Positions 22,234 through 61,864 of a stretch of 64,000 bases of DNA are shown here, piece after piece. A program made the translations under genes and the position numbers. The DNA lies in assembly GCA_012026655.1 (NCBI GenBank), contig JAAILG010000695.1, positions 1 through 64,000 of the forward strand, written 5' to 3'. Numbering within the stretch: position 1 is the stretch's first letter; each line of letters starts with the position of its first letter. The notes beneath the pieces are model-generated. The model had not been told where the DNA came from, made no database searches, and saw nothing but the letters and a program-made list of their open reading frames with translations. Origin of the DNA: Hydrolagus affinis. Its lineage: Eukaryota.

Positions 22234-25200
22234 ATTGTCTCTTCTTCTTACCTTTTTGGGGGGTGGGGAAATAGAAAGGATTTTATGTTTAAAAAGCATT
22301 TCTATATGCATCATATAAATATGATGCTGGTTATTTGATCAGAATGTACAATGCAGTGTCACCAGCACATTGTGTGCATCCAAAACTTCTTCAGTGCATT
22401 TCAGAGGTATAAAAACTGGATTAGTGAATTTAGTTTACATTTATATAGCAACTTTCATATTGTGACATTCGTGAAACTTTTCCAGACAACTGAGTGGGAG
22501 CCCAAGCTGGAGGGAGGTGGTTGAGCTGAAGTGAGGAGGGTGGCTGATAAAATAGGTCTTTGAAAACATTATCTATATCAGACACGAATACTTTTATTAG
22601 TTGGCGGGGGAAGGCAATAGCTCAATAGATATATATATACTCAGTCAGGAATTGACATACAGCTCATGAAGGTTGCAGATTGGATTTATGATTTATTTTA
22701 AGTTAGCAGATCTTGGTACGTATACTTAAAAGATATGGATAGGACAGAAAGGACTGTGGAGATGAGAACTCTTCATGTAGGACTGCACCACCCAAGCTTG
22801 AGATAAACTAGTAGTACAGAGAGTTTCATCCTTGCAGTTACAATGCAACAATCATTAAATACAAAGCGGTCAGATTATTATTATAATTAACAGCTCACTA
22901 TGAACCTAGCTGCATCAGCTAGTACATCAGCTAAAACTGATCAAACCTGAGATCTTCCATTCTCTATGTCTCAATACTTTAGCGGATGACAAATTATTCA
23001 GTTAGCAGAAAATCCTTCATGCTGATTTTTTTTGTTTGAAATATCCATGAAAACCATGAAGAGACTCTTCACACCAGGGCCCTTTATTAAAGAGAGGGGG
23101 AAAAAAACGATTACAACCATTAACTAGCTTGAGTGTTTCATAGTAGAGAACAACGAACCCAATTAACAGCAGTGATTAACCGATGTGCTCCTAAAATCAT
23201 GTAATGCACAACAGGCATTAATTCCTCTTTTCCAGTTTGCCACAGAATCCTTCAGGCACTTTTTTGTTTAAGAAAAAGATAATCTCAGTGAGGAGAAACA
23301 TTTTAAAGGAGAAGAAAGCCAAAAGCCTCTGTGTGATGTTATTTGCTTTATTCATTTCATGTCAACCAATAATAATAATAATAATGAAACAGAATAAATA
23401 AAATGCCTACATAAAATAAAGAGGTTTCAGTCCTGAGATTGACAAAAAATAAAAATAAAACTCGACAGGGTTGTCAGAATAATAGCAACACTAGGCTGCA
23501 CTCTGATTATTCTAGGAGCGATAAGAAAGCATGTGTGGGACAAGGGAACCATAGGCACATTCAGAGTAGTTAGTTCCAAGGCTAGAAATTACAGCTTTTT
23601 AGTCACACTCCTTCAAATAACAGCTTTCTTCACACACAAAAAATCCAACATTTTTACACCTTATTTTCCTGAGGAAACACTTACAAAATATTCAAACACA
23701 AATACAGCAATACTGCAGGCTTCTGAAAGCAAGGTGCACCTTAGATGGTAATTGTTAACTTTCTCTCCTTCTCCATACCCATTTTCATTTGCTTGACGGA
23801 ATACTAGGATGTGATGGAATGTGTTTCATCCTGTGCCGGGGAGCGCACAAAATCGGTGGCAAAAATAAAATCACTTTGTGTTGCATACACCATTGCCATC
23901 TGTATGAATTTATAGAAGATTAACAAAAAAAAGGTTAAAAATAGCCTTTACGGGTTATTGTAACATGTTAATTGCAGGACAAGCTACATTGAAGTCCATC
24001 TCAGTAAATTTAGAACATATCCCTCACATTTTAACTTTTATTCACATTTAACAGAAATAAATGATTCATACAATTAGGAATTTATGATAAATGAAACAGA
24101 AAACGGGTAAAAAAAATAGATTGCAAACATGTACTGTATGTGGAAATGGTCATAGAATCACATGGCCTGAAATCATCTTGGATTAAGTACGTTGAGCAGT
24201 TCCTAGGATTCAAATTAATAAATATCTCAGTATGAGGCAAGCTCTGTCGACCAATCCTAGCTCCCTTAGCCAAATACCCATTAATACAGCAATGCTAAAA
24301 ATGAGATTAAAGATTACAGGTTCCACACTCTAAACATTACTCTCCAAAGAAAATGATTAATGGGGTGCTTGATGAATCCCTGGATTACAAGGCAACAAAC
24401 AAATCCAAAAGTTCAAATGAAATACAAACTAAGATTGAAGCTACAGTGATTTTGATTTCCCAAAATGAGACTGCTTGGTAATCACTCCCATTTCATGAGA
24501 TGAATTTGCTCTCCATATATTTGACTCAACACTGGCAGTGTACTGTGGGATCTCCCTGCTTGAGGACATTCACTGAATTTAGATAAATAATTTGCACTTA
24601 AAATTCTATGGCAAGTATATTCATTTTAACATCTTCCACTGCTGAATGATCTACCTCTGACTTGTGTAACAGTTGATCCCAGATTGACAAAGTGGAACTA
24701 AAGTTCTCATGTAGTACAACAGAAATAATATATTAAACCAGGATCAGAATTTAAAAAAACGAGTTCCAACTAACAAGTTTTGATAGACGACATATAAATT
24801 AACCTAAACATAGCATTTTTGGGTGAGACTGCATCAGACTTTTTGAATCCCTTCTAAACTCCCAATCTTGCTGCGCAAGCAGGAGAAAATAATAAAAATC
24901 TAGCACTATTTTAATGTGCTCAACTTTCTGTTGTACTTCCAGCAGGGCATTGCAGAATCACTAACATGGTCATAGGCTTGCCAGCAACTGAAGAGGAGTT
25001 ACTTTTCAGCTCTGTGTGTTGAAAAAACAAGGCAAATCACCAGTTTACAAATAACTGGAGTTTGTTTACTCAGAATTCTAAAATCATTTGTTTTTTTCTC
25101 AGGGACTCATCCCCAGAGAATATGTGGGTTCCCTCTTTGAATTTCTCTTACCCAGCATTGTTCTAAAAATAATCACATTTAGTGAGGCATTGCTGGCTGA

Positions 25201-28200
25201 GCAGTTAAAATGATTTTGATCTCAAATCTTTTCTCTCCACTGCAGGTTGTGTTTGTCAGTTTACTGAAGCTAGAATAAGAGGATTGCAGATGTAGTATGA
25301 AACTTTAAGATTGTCTCTAAGTTATTAAAAGAAATAATGTATGTCAAGTAATTTATTTTCTGCCCACACTGCTAACTGTAAACTCATTACCACCCAGTGA
25401 AAATTATGACCAATATTTCTTACAACCTGTACTACATATCCCCCATAAACATTGACTTTGTATAAAATATCTGGGAAGAATCTATCCCCCCACACCCAGT
25501 GATTCTGCTGCAGTAGGCTTGTAGTGTCATTAAACCTCCAAGAGCAATATAGCATAAAGTCTGGGTGAGTGAAGTGATATATTACTACATGTTACATATG
25601 ACTCATTTATGGTTTCAGATGAAACAAATGTTCTCAACATATAAAGCTCGCTTTCAGTAGCTGCTCCATTGCAACCTGTTGCCAGCAAAAATAAAAAGGG
25701 GGTTGGGGGGGATGCACAGGTCCTTCATTGTTTGGAACATATGATGAAATGAAATGAATAATGATTGCACTATATCGTACAAAATATACAAAACTGATGC
25801 TGGATTTGTATCGAAAACAAAGTGAGTTTAGCACTATATTACTGTATAACAGCAACATCTAATTTACATGCATAAGTTGATTGCACTTTAAAAGTTTTCT
25901 TTAAAAAGTTGTACTTTATGAAACATCTGCAATCTCCAGATGTTATCAGCTGGCAAAAAAAATGGGCATTTCATATTTTGGAGCCTATTCTGCTAATCAT
26001 TCACCCCACAATGTGCCCTGTATAAAATTAATCTGCACTATCTAATTCCATGAAGATTTCAGCAGCTGCCAAGCTGCAGGCACTAATCAACTGCAATACT
26101 CTTGCAGCAAGACCTATTATCAGAGAAAAATCTTTTACCTTTTAAAGTAGATCCTCATTCCTTTCCTTCCTTACATATAGAACATAAAACATGACATCTT
26201 CACCAAGCAAACTAAACTCCAGCACAGGGTGAAAACAGGACAAAAATGTCAACAATTTTTGCCATTGCTGCACAATGCCTTTAAATTCTTGTTTGCTCCA
26301 AATAATAAAACAATTGATTATATTTCCCTTTATACGGTGAAGAGGCTTTGTTGTCTGTATTGGATGGGGGAAGCAGGAGCAGGAAGACTTGTGGGGCTTT
26401 TTAATTGTGTTGCAAAGGCAGCCCTTTCTCCCGTCTCTTTTCGCCCCCTTAAATGTATAAATTTGTTTTTCTCACGATTCCCTTGAGAATGTTCATGAAA
26501 CTACTTAAGTAGAATGCGCAAGGTCTGAGGCAAATATGATTAGTGACACTCGCAGGACAGAGATAAACATGGGCACATTTGTTTTTCTATAACCCCCCTA
26601 CTCAAGGCATATGAAAAAAAATGCAATAAAGCCTTTCTCAGAGCCCTCAAGCAGGACTGAATTTAAAACAAACGCTATTCTTTAGATTTCAATCCGTCTT
26701 CTCCTCCCCTGACTGAAACAAAAATTGTATTTGACTGTTTTAGGAGGGGCTTCTCACTAGGCCAAAGCTTCCTAATGACACGCCATATGTCGCAGTGTCT
26801 CAACAGCTGAGGGAGACAAGGAGAAGAATGATGGAGAGCTCTAAGCAGAAATCTATTTGAAATTTAATACCATTATCCTAATGCACACAGCTTATTGTTT
26901 GGCCAAGAATCTGCTTGCTCCAGCAAAGCTGATCGGGTCACCCGTGGGCGGAATATATTCTGGATTAGCTCCATTGGTGTCGGTGATCCAGGAAGAGTCA
27001 CTATCAGAAGGCGCAGCGTCTGCCTCAAACCTGAGGTCAGTTCTCTACATGAAACTGCAGTAAGAATACCAATTGCTTATTTTTCTTTCCTGAAAGGAAA
27101 GTCTAGTTTGTACCAGTTCACCCACACAGCTGGAGTGAACTGGTTGACCAGCATCTGCCAAAAAGCAGTTATTAAAACAGATTGCCGTTTTCAATATGCT
27201 ATGTTTAAGTCCTTTAATAGCTGATTAATTCAGCCACTTTAGAATATTTCAAAATTTATAACTTTTTTTAAACAAAAGGACATCAGGGATAGAAACGGAG
27301 TGGTAACACTGGGTAAGCTAAATTTTCTACTTCTGGTGCAGGTTTGAATAAATAATTTGGGTTTTAGTCCCAGCAGTATAAAACAATGAAACTGAAATAA
27401 TGAATATCTAATGTCTTGGGGCGCTCTACTGACGTGAAAGGCGCGATACAAGTGTAATTTTGTTGTTTTTGTTATAAAATGCTATCTTAGTTTTGCTTTC
27501 CTAATGACGTTTCAACTTGTCTTAATTAACAGTCAATCCTCAACCCAATCTATGTACGTACCTGCCTGTAAAGCAAATGTAGGAGAATGCCATACTGGCT
27601 TCAACTTTGGGGAAATGAAAAATCCTAATCATTTTTTGCAACAGCACCATTGAACAGTGACAAAATACATCCACTAGAGGGCAACCCAGTTTCAATATTT
27701 CTTATCCCTCCATCAGATCCTGTGGTTATTTTTATATTTGGAAAGAAAATTGCCTCAAGTAAAAATTCTTTGATGCTGACATTTACTGCCATTACAGTGA
27801 TCATAGTGCAAATAGGTCTCACTATCAATCTCACTGTATTTATTACAGGATACATACTGGCTGGCACACTAGGTCATTCCATGTTTGGAAGATAGAATCG
27901 GGAAGAATCTGGTTTCTCAACCCAACTGGTGAAATTCAAGTGACTGCATTTATTCTCTATTTTCTCAGAATCTCTGCTCTACCCAAGATAGAATGTTTTC
28001 CTTCTGGACTGGACTGCTTCCGATACTAAAGAGAATTTGAGATTAACTACTTGCTTGCTCCCTACATCAACGTCCATTCATTTTCTTTTGAGTGGAGGAA
28101 GATTTATTGCAAGCTCACAGTTAGGCTACTGATTACATAAAGAATATGTGAAGAACCAAACGAGTTGCCAGTTTATCTGCGACACAATAGCATTGCAGGG

Positions 28201-31200
28201 AGATGCTTGGCTATATGCAATTAAAAAGAAAAAAACCTCTAAATTATCTATTTGATTCTCTATCAATGGTTCTTATCTGCTATTTAAATAACGTTCAACC
28301 TTTCGAATTAAACATAGGTTTAGTAACACGTACATCAGTATTATTGAAGGGAGGGGCTGGGTAGGAAGAGAAGTTTTCCTTTGATCACTGGCCACAGTAT
28401 AGAGAAAAAAATAATATGCAATTATCTGAGCATAGAATTCAAGTGTTACAATCCAATGGACACTCTTTCTAGAGTTAATCGTGGCATTTCTTTCTTGGCA
28501 AAACTAGCTATGGATCTAGTCACAATTGAACTGCGAGAAACAAACATTTAAAATTTGAATCAATGCATTTTGCTCCCTGTATTTAAGCAGAATCTAAATA
28601 TAGCCGCCCATGCACTTAAAATAAAGACCTGCTTACCACCAACAATGAGGACATTTTTGTCCAGTAAGGTGAATTATTTTTCTACAGTAGATTTTGTTGC
28701 TGGAATAAGAATGTGACATAATAAGGCAATCTAGTCCAATGCCAGTACAGGATTTGCAGTACAGTACTGCCAAAATATTATTGGCCTAGTTGAATGCTAA
28801 ATTTTGTGCACGATTCTTCCAACTCAATTATTGTGGTCTATAATTATTAAGACTAAGGATTATTGGGGTATACTCTTATAGATACAATTACAGTACATTT
28901 GAAGGTGAAATTTGTTATTTGTTGGATTTAGGTCCAACAAAGGACAAAGCCAGCAAATTGAACATTTCCAACTTTAGCACTGTATGCTGTGTCAGTTTCA
29001 AACATTCTCAGGTAAAATATAGAATAAATTTGGAGCAGTGAGTGACGCCTCCTCCACTCTGTTGCAAACACTGCATGTTTACCAAAGGTTTTGGAAGAAA
29101 ATCCCCAGTGCACCATTAGGCACTTCAGCTACCTTTATGACTTCAGGAAGCTGCTAATTTTCTAATAAGTTCAAGGATGTTTTATGTTATGCACTTGCAC
29201 TCAAAAAAGTGATTTGATTTCAACTCCTAATAGCTATTATTAACAAAGATAATTTAATCTTGCTGGTGTGGGTTAGGTTCAAACCCAGGTCCCACAAGTG
29301 ACAAGACAGTGGGATAACTGATTTATATCGCAAAAATAATCTAGGACATCTGTAACCAAGACTTTTTGAATAAGATTCAAAAATTCGAGAATGATATTGG
29401 TTGAACACAGGATCAAAAATATTTGCTGTCTGTTAGCAAAATTACAATTAATGTCTCCATTCCTCCTTTCCAGTCTGAACTACATACGTTATTGTAAGTT
29501 AATTGGTACAAATGCACCATTGCAAATCATTTAAAATTAATTGTGATTTTAATGCCATGGAATTACTTTGGCCTGAGAGAGAGAAATCAAGAAAGGAGAT
29601 AATGGAAATGTTTTTAGTGCCACATTCCTCTGTCTCTACAATTACTTCCATTGCCCGGTGGGAGATAAATGCATTTTGCTCACTCCCCTGCTTCCTCCCG
29701 AGAATAAAAGAAACACAAAGAATTGTACAATCAAATGTGCACAGTGAGTAAAAACTGAAGAATATGCACATATTTAAACAGCTAATGAAACAAGTTTAAA
29801 TCTAATTAATGTTGAAAAGCAAATGAAATGGTTTACTGAAATGCTCAAAATTCCCATATGGACTTTAACAACCAGTCAGTTCCAATACACTCCTTAAAAA
29901 TATAACTGTTAAAAAGTTTGGACCACCTGAAGACTCTGTGGTGTGATTTGTTCAGTTAAAACATGCATATCTTATTTGAAGCTTACTCACGCTGTTCAGT
30001 ATTTTACTTCTAACTAGAGAATTGAGAGGATATTACTAAAATTATCATGGGTGGCTGAATTGCATTGGTTCTTATGGAGCTGGACAGAGTAGAATTCCTC
30101 AAAATAAGCAAGAGCGAGAGAAAATATCAATTTAGAATTTACTAAGAATCTAACACAATTTCCTAGGCATCAAGTAAATCATGCAATTTAGTAAAATGCC
30201 GGCCAGTAGGTGACAATGGCAGCCTGCCTGGCATAGACATGTTTACTCAAGAAGGGGATGTTGAACATTTAAAGGATGTTTTCATTAAATTCAGTTCCAA
30301 TCCTTATGGATTTTTAAGCTGCAACACTGCAGTACTCTAGATTTAGGAGGGGGGAAAAAAAGTCTTAAATGCAGTCTGTGGCAATGAATGCTTTTTCTAG
30401 GGAGTGGAATGGAAAAGATGTGTGAGGGGAAAGAGAGAAAGTTAGTGTATCATTTTATATCTGTCTCACAAAGCACCTAATGGCAAGTTAAAGAAAGACA
30501 TTGGCAGAGCTGGAAGATGATTACCTAGGTCTGCTTCTTGGAGGAAGAGCAGTGCATAAGCAGCACTGAGATAGATTTTTTTGGGGGAATTATAATTGTA
30601 CATCAAGATGAAATCTAAGGGTGTTGTTAATTGCTGAACAGACCTTTATTTCACTATGAGATTAAAATATTGCCAGTATGTAGACAATTAAAACTTTTTT
30701 GTGGGAATTTGCTCTTACAACTCATTTACACCTAATAGGTTCTTCAGCGCTATGGGAAGAACTCTACTAATGAGTAGAGCATTCTTTTGAGTGCATTTTA
30801 TCAATACCGTCAACCCATGCTTCTTCTCACAGCTTGCTATGCCATTACAGCAACAATTGTGGGTATACAGTATTTCATTTAAAAAATGATTCCCTCAGTG
30901 AAATAATTTTACCGCCTCTCCAGACTAAATGGAAAATAAGCATTTTTTTTCAAAAGTTTTTAGCAGCCAACACATCAACTTAAAGATCAACTAAATTAAT
31001 AAAAATGAAAGTTCAAGTTTTCAAGTTTTTTTTCTTAGAATATTCTGGACTGTCCCCACATTTAGCTATTTTCCCAATGCAGTGCAATACGACTCTCCAC
31101 TAGGGTTTAGGCAGTAGCTCATTTTTGTAACCACAGAGATGATGACAAAGCAGCAATGGCGAGGACCTTGGGACCAAGTAAGTACAGTATTCACGGAATT

Positions 31201-31537
31201 CAGAGCAGGATTACAATTTTTTTTTAAATTTCTGCATGCAGACCCATTAGCACACACAGTAAAGCTTTCTACAGGTGTCTGCTTGCGACTTGTCTTCCGA
31301 TGTCCACTTCTGATCCCCGTCTTATTATTTTTAAACTGCCATCTTTCGTCATTTAACACTGGTGGATTCTATAGTCCAACCCAAACTCATTCCAGTGTTT
31401 TATAATCCCTGGATAGTTTTAAAAACTCCACTTCACGTGCCTTTCTGACCACTGTGGGCTGGAGGTTTTTGTGTATATCTCGAACAGATTTTATACCATT
31501 GCCCTATTATTTTTGCAAGCAGCAGAGAGGTTTCTTT

Positions 31538-55624
<24,087 letters not shown>

Positions 55625-58600
55625 TTATTTAAAAGTGAGAGGATGACAAAATTTAGGATAATCACACAAATTGACAATGGAGTTTATTTCTGTCTTTAGT
55701 CAAGGTTCGGTTCTAATGGCTATCTAATTAAATTGCATAAAATTAAACAATTCCAATTTCACAAAAATTAGACAAAACTAGACAATTCCAATTACACAGA
55801 GTACTCAGCAAAGTCATATCAACAACAGAATTAGTTTATATCTCCAGTAAGATAACTAGCAAAGACGGACAAATGGCTCTGTGCAGTAAACTGTCCGTGA
55901 CCAGTTATGTCGTTTGTCCCCTCTAGATTTCATTACTTCTGCAGTTGAAGTTAACAGATAGCATTCTAAATATTTACTCCAGATTTCTTGAGTGAATTAA
56001 TCACGACACCAATTCCATAATAACTGAATCTCCACAACTTCAAATATTAAGAGTTCATACAAAATACGCTGTATTGCAGAACCAGAAGGATTTTGCAAAT
56101 TGCTATTTTACATCTATAATAAAAGGACCATTAATATAATTTGAAGGGCTGTGAAATGCAGCATTTACACCAACTAGAGACCATTTAAATAATTCTAACT
56201 GATTAAGCCCATGAAATGCCAAGCCCATTTTAGAAGCCCAAAATGAATCCCCTCCTTCCACTCCATCGCCTCTGCAAAAAGGTCACTGCCGGCAATGAAA
56301 AATACAAATTGGGAGTATTTGAAACTGAAGAATCTGAAGCTGGGGGATGGGGGGAAGGAGAGAGAAAGAGGAATCAATCACAGCTAACTGATCTGCTCAT
56401 CAGCCTAAACCAAGCATTATCACAAACAACAGAAAATATATTCAGAAATGTATTAGTACAATCTAAAATTGCCTCAATTGGCTTTATGGATACAGTCGTT
56501 TGAAAAGAACAGTCTGGTGAATTTTCTTCTGGGGAGGGGGAATAGGGGGCATAAGGAAACTTCTAAGTCAACTGCAGAATTCCTCTGTGACTTGTAAAGA
56601 TTCATCTGTTTTCCAGCATAAAACCCACTGGAACATTAATTAGAAGATTAACGAAGGAACAGTACCTGACATCAATCAGTTGCTTCAAACTGATGTTACC
56701 ATGGTAATATGTCTAGTACGACATTTCACAATACCACAGTATATCTTTAACAGAAACATTTGACTTGCATTACTGGGTCACCGATCGGGTCTTGCATTGG
56801 AGAATAGTTATAAAAATACTTCAAAAAAAATCTCATAACAAAAAACAAAGCATTAGTTCTAACAAAAATGCTTTCCCTTATTGCCAACATGTTCCTAACA
56901 CTAATAATATTTACAACATACCAAATTTAGAAATTTGAGAATGCTCCATAGCTCTTGTTGATTTGATGTTGTGTGTTTAGAAAGAATATCAAAGTAAGCA
57001 ATAAACTCTTTTGCACTGTATTTGCTTCAGCATTAACGTTACTCCTAAATTTCAACAATACCAAGCAAACAGTTTGATTCATCAGTCAAGGCATGTGGCA
57101 AAATAAATCTATAAAACAAAAGACATTTCACTACTGCTTTCAAATTTGATTAAATTTCCACCTAACAGGTATCAAGACTCAATTCAAGGCAATAATTTAA
57201 ATAGTGCAGGCTTCACCCTTTTTAGAACCATTGTTTACATAACCAATTTCGAGCATCAGCCTTTTCTACTGTTGTCTTCCATGTAAAGGAAACCAACTTA
57301 TAAATGCAGAATTTTACCAAAAGCAATACTTTTGGTGAAAGTTGATTGGTAAATCCACCCAAAAAACTAAAATTTCCTGCCCTTTTTAAGCTTTTGGGTC
57401 ATATCGGAATCCTGCTTATTGAGGTTTAAATTGCTTGGATGATTTCTTCATCCTGACATGTTGCATAGATAACCACAGTGTGACACATGTAGATTAATGC
57501 ACCAATCACAATCCCAGAGATGACTTCAGAAGCCTAGGTCAATGCTGTGTTGTACATACATAGGGACGTTCTCACGACGTGAAAGGCGCTATTATATAAG
57601 TGCAATTTTGTGGCTGTTGTTGTACATACAGAAAGTCCTTCAATTTGTGTTCTTGGCACCCAAGCATGTTAAGTATTGTTAAGAAATGATCTGAGACTGA
57701 AGGAGTTTGAAAGCAAATGTTTTTTTTTGGAAAAGTCAGCTAGGTGTCTGAGACTATTTTTAAGATTATCCAAACAAGAGTTCTATACGCCCCATCTATA
57801 CATTGAAATTCCAGAGCATTAGGCACTCTATTTGAGTGTTAGACACAGGTTGGCAAGAACCAAGGCTCGGAATACTGCTGAAATCTAAAGAAGAAAACCG
57901 TACAACTTGCCGTTGATAACACTGGCCGGCAAGCTTTGCCATGACTTGTGCAGCTAACATCACCCTTCTTGTTAAAGCTGTGACTTGCAGCATTAACGGT
58001 AGTTAAGTGGGAAGAATCCCTGTCCCAGGGAGACTGGTCTGACCTTCCAGTCCTGCATTCGAGCCATGCTTATCCTGAAATACAAACTTTGTGAACAATC
58101 TCAGCATTTCGTACAATGAAATACTTACAAATATATATATTTATATACTTAAATATACAAATGATATGATATTTGCATATCAAATGCAAGGATTATTTAG
58201 TAATGACCATCTTGCTTTGACTTTTACTCCTTCCTTCCAATGTGCATTTCTTGAAAGTGGATGAGAAATTCCCTGAAACTGAACTGAAATCCTAGCACTG
58301 TAAATTACTGATCGCAGAATGTGTACAAAACTGGCAGCGCACAGCCGTTCTACACTATCAGTTTGAGAAGGTGCAGAGGCATGGAACAGATGTGTAGCAC
58401 TGTGGATGAGGGCACCAATCAATCTCACTTCAAGCCAGCAGTCTCACCTCCAATTTCTCCCACCAGGATGCACTGACATACACAAGGCCAAGGACAGGCA
58501 AGCTGTCAGAGAACCAGCAATTAAAAGGAGTCCATAAAAAAAATGACAGACAGCCTGAAAAAAATATTGCATATTGTGGAGTCAATGAAGATTTATTCTA

Positions 58601-59809
58601 CTCCACTGGATTCCAATACTGCCAAGAACTAAATACAGCAAGTACCAGTTCATTTTACTCCTTAGGAAACAAAAGTCTCGCATTACCCCCAAAAAGAGGA
58701 AGCCAGAGGATGTGTCCTCAGAATTGAACAATGAACTGCCCTCTACAATCTCTTAAATCCCGATATGCTTCATACGGCTAGAATCCCAACTAATGTAGTG
58801 ATAATAAAGATAGGAAAGTTCTTGCACATCAGCAGAGTCTTCACCTACCAGAAAAACAGTGCAATTGCATTTAGATCAAGCACATAGATAACTTCACACA
58901 ATAAATTAAACCAAAGTCAATGGGTATACATTTTAAAGATGTTCAAATGACAGCCCATAACCAATAGAACTTCCCTTTATTGAACCATGTTTCCTAAAAG
59001 AAGGCAAAGCAATCATAATACCTAAGAAAAAACAAGGATGATGCACCCCAGGAAACGTTAACAAATAGATAACACAAAATTTTCCTGTTCAGTTTGCTTT
59101 AAGATTCCTTTTTAATAGTAAAGATGGAAAATGTTAACACAAGACTACAAAACGCTCAATATGATATCATCCAGAAGAATGAAGTATATATTATCTGAGC
59201 CTGGGATGTGCTGCGTGTATTTCCTCTCAACATCTTGAACTATTTGTTTCATCCAACTTTCTCTCCCTCTTTAAGGATGTGTACTTGAGCTGATTATTTC
59301 AATTGTAAATTTTTAAATATTGAAGCTAAATGCATCACCTCCACAATTGCACAGTGGTAAATCCAGAAAGTTAGCAAAGATCTGTGTTTGTAAAGTCTTG
59401 CCACCACCCGGCCTTTTAGTCACTGCTAATCTTTGCTCTCTGTAAACAGTGAAGTTCAGGGAGAAAGGGTCAGGTACATTTACTTTAAAGATTTCATTTC
59501 GCTGGCATAGAAAAATTGCCATCTCCCATTATTGGAGTTCTGTGGTAATTTGAACTAAAATAAACAAAATATAATTTCACCCAATGTTATGCTACAACAT
59601 TTCTAAATATATCTATCTACATTTTCTGCACTTTGACTAAAATATTAAACATTAACTTTTCAGCATCATGTTAACAACTATGCAAAACTATTTTCTAAGG
59701 CCATTTTCCAGGCTCAGACCTTGAAAGATCAACCTTGTTGCATCTGTTCACATGCTTTTCAAAGGCGAAAAATGAAACATAATGAATCAGTGACTTGCCT
59801 TGATGGTAA

Positions 59810-59917
59810 TTGCCCACAAATATACAGTCAATCCATTTTACAGTATATTCTGTGAAGTGCTTTGAGACGTCTAGAAGTCGTGAAAAGCGCTATATCAAAT
59901 CAAGGATTATTATTATA
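59810..59917 (+). mobile_element. Young SINE tail
   Basis: gcccacaaatatacagtc...gagacgtctagaagtcgtgaaaagcgctatatcaaat. Confidence 0.82.
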
Positions 59918-60562
59918 ATCTGGGAAACACGACTGTGTGAACATTTGTGTCGGCACTGCAAGAGTTAATTTCGGTTTTCACGTTGGGAGGGGAGTGAATT
60001 TAAGGCACATAAAGTCTAGAACAAATTGAATTGCTAAATACAGACTATTTTTCCCAGAAAAAAGTATGTCGAGATGAGAAGCCCATGGGATCAGAACGAA
60101 AGCAAGAAGGGATTAAGTGCCAATCAGGTGCCTGGTGACAGACATGCATGCACTCACTTCCGAGCCTCTTGCAATTGCTTGGATGGGCTCTAAAAGCCAT
60201 GTAACTAGTTCCTTCAGATACTAATTGGGGAACAAAATGCATTTTACCTGGCAATTTCTCTAATGTTCGCAGCTTGAATTGTAGCTGGAATCCATCTTCT
60301 TCCTCTCTCTGAGGAAAGATAATCGTGTAACCACCTTCCATTATTTGCTATTTTCCTCTTGAGTAAATTTATCTCGACACAGATTACCATCTCAGTGAAA
60401 GGATTTCTTTAATTCTCATCAAACTATATTTTAACCTTTCAAGGTCTACTTTAGAATTACAATTAGGGTCACAGCAAGGGATTAGATTGCTGGAGAATGA
60501 GGGAATGGAACAGAAGTGGAAGTAAAATAGTTCCAATCATAATTTTGACAATCTGACTTCAA

Positions 60563-60662
60563 NNNNNNNNNNNNNNNNNNNNNNNNNNNNNNNNNNNNNN
60601 NNNNNNNNNNNNNNNNNNNNNNNNNNNNNNNNNNNNNNNNNNNNNNNNNNNNNNNNNNNNNN
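60563..60662. other. Assembly gap (100 N, true size unknown)
   Basis: Run of 100 n. Confidence 0.99.
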
Positions 60663-61864
60663 GGTTCTATTTTTCCACAGTTTAAAAGTGTGCTTTATCA
60701 AACAGTGTTGATTTTCAGGGAATGGGTGGGTGTTGGGGTGGGGGGGGGGGGGGGGGAGGGAGGAGAAGAGAGGGGAGAAAAGAGAAACAAAGAAGCAAGT
60801 ATTTTCATAATATCCAGGTGCGTCAAGTAACTTGGTCTATTATCAGTAAAACCCATACTCATTTAAGAAAACCATTAAAATAATAATCCTTGAATTTTAT
60901 GTAACAAATGGCACAGTTCAGAGCACCATTCCTCTGAAAATCTTGAAACATAAGGCTATTTTACAAGTGATCTCACAATTTTCCTTTCCTCCACAGTATA
61001 CCTACGTTTCATAACCCAACTCCTATCCATCTCAATAATATCACTATATTTCCTTCAATGATGCTCAGCCCAGAGCACCTCAACCACAGGCCATCCTTTG
61101 GCAACACCTATCTACAAGCATCGATTGGTGTAAATATATATCTATATATGCTGTTCTGACTGCCTGTCTGGCAAGTCCTGAATGAACCTTAACTTTACTG
61201 AATGTAAACAAGACTGAAACCATCTTTGGTTCCTGCAAGGTTCCACGTTCCACTGGCTTATATTTAATAACCTATTCTTCCCTGGGTGCTCGCTCAGGCT
61301 GAACCAGGTGGTACAGGATGTTTTACAGAGCCATGATGAGGAACCTGTAACCTCACTGCCAAAATGGACATCTGCACTTACTGTTTGTTTAAAACAAATC
61401 TATTCACATTAACTTTACTACTATCACAGGTGCAGTACACAAGCAGGACAACTGCTACTAAGAAACGTGGTATGAGAACATTCAACTTCAACATCGTCTA
61501 ATAACCTATTCTTGCGATGGTCAGAGAATACCTATTTTTATCAAAGAAACATCCATGTGATTTCTAATAAAGATAACCAGTGCCATGGACTTATAAGGTG
61601 AGTTAACATTTCAAACAATAAAAGACCCAACAACTTGTAATTACACAATGCATTTCATATAGAACTTCACCAATGATTAAAAGTCCATACATAATGAAAG
61701 TAAATATTTGTTATACTAATTATACATCACCATCATAATTTAGTAAAATTACCAGCAGGTTCACAAAGCCATATTGAAAGCAGATTACTGCACCATGATT
61801 ATTCTTCAAATATCTCCTTGAGTGGTTATCACTTCAACATGGGTACCCGAGTACATTCACATAT

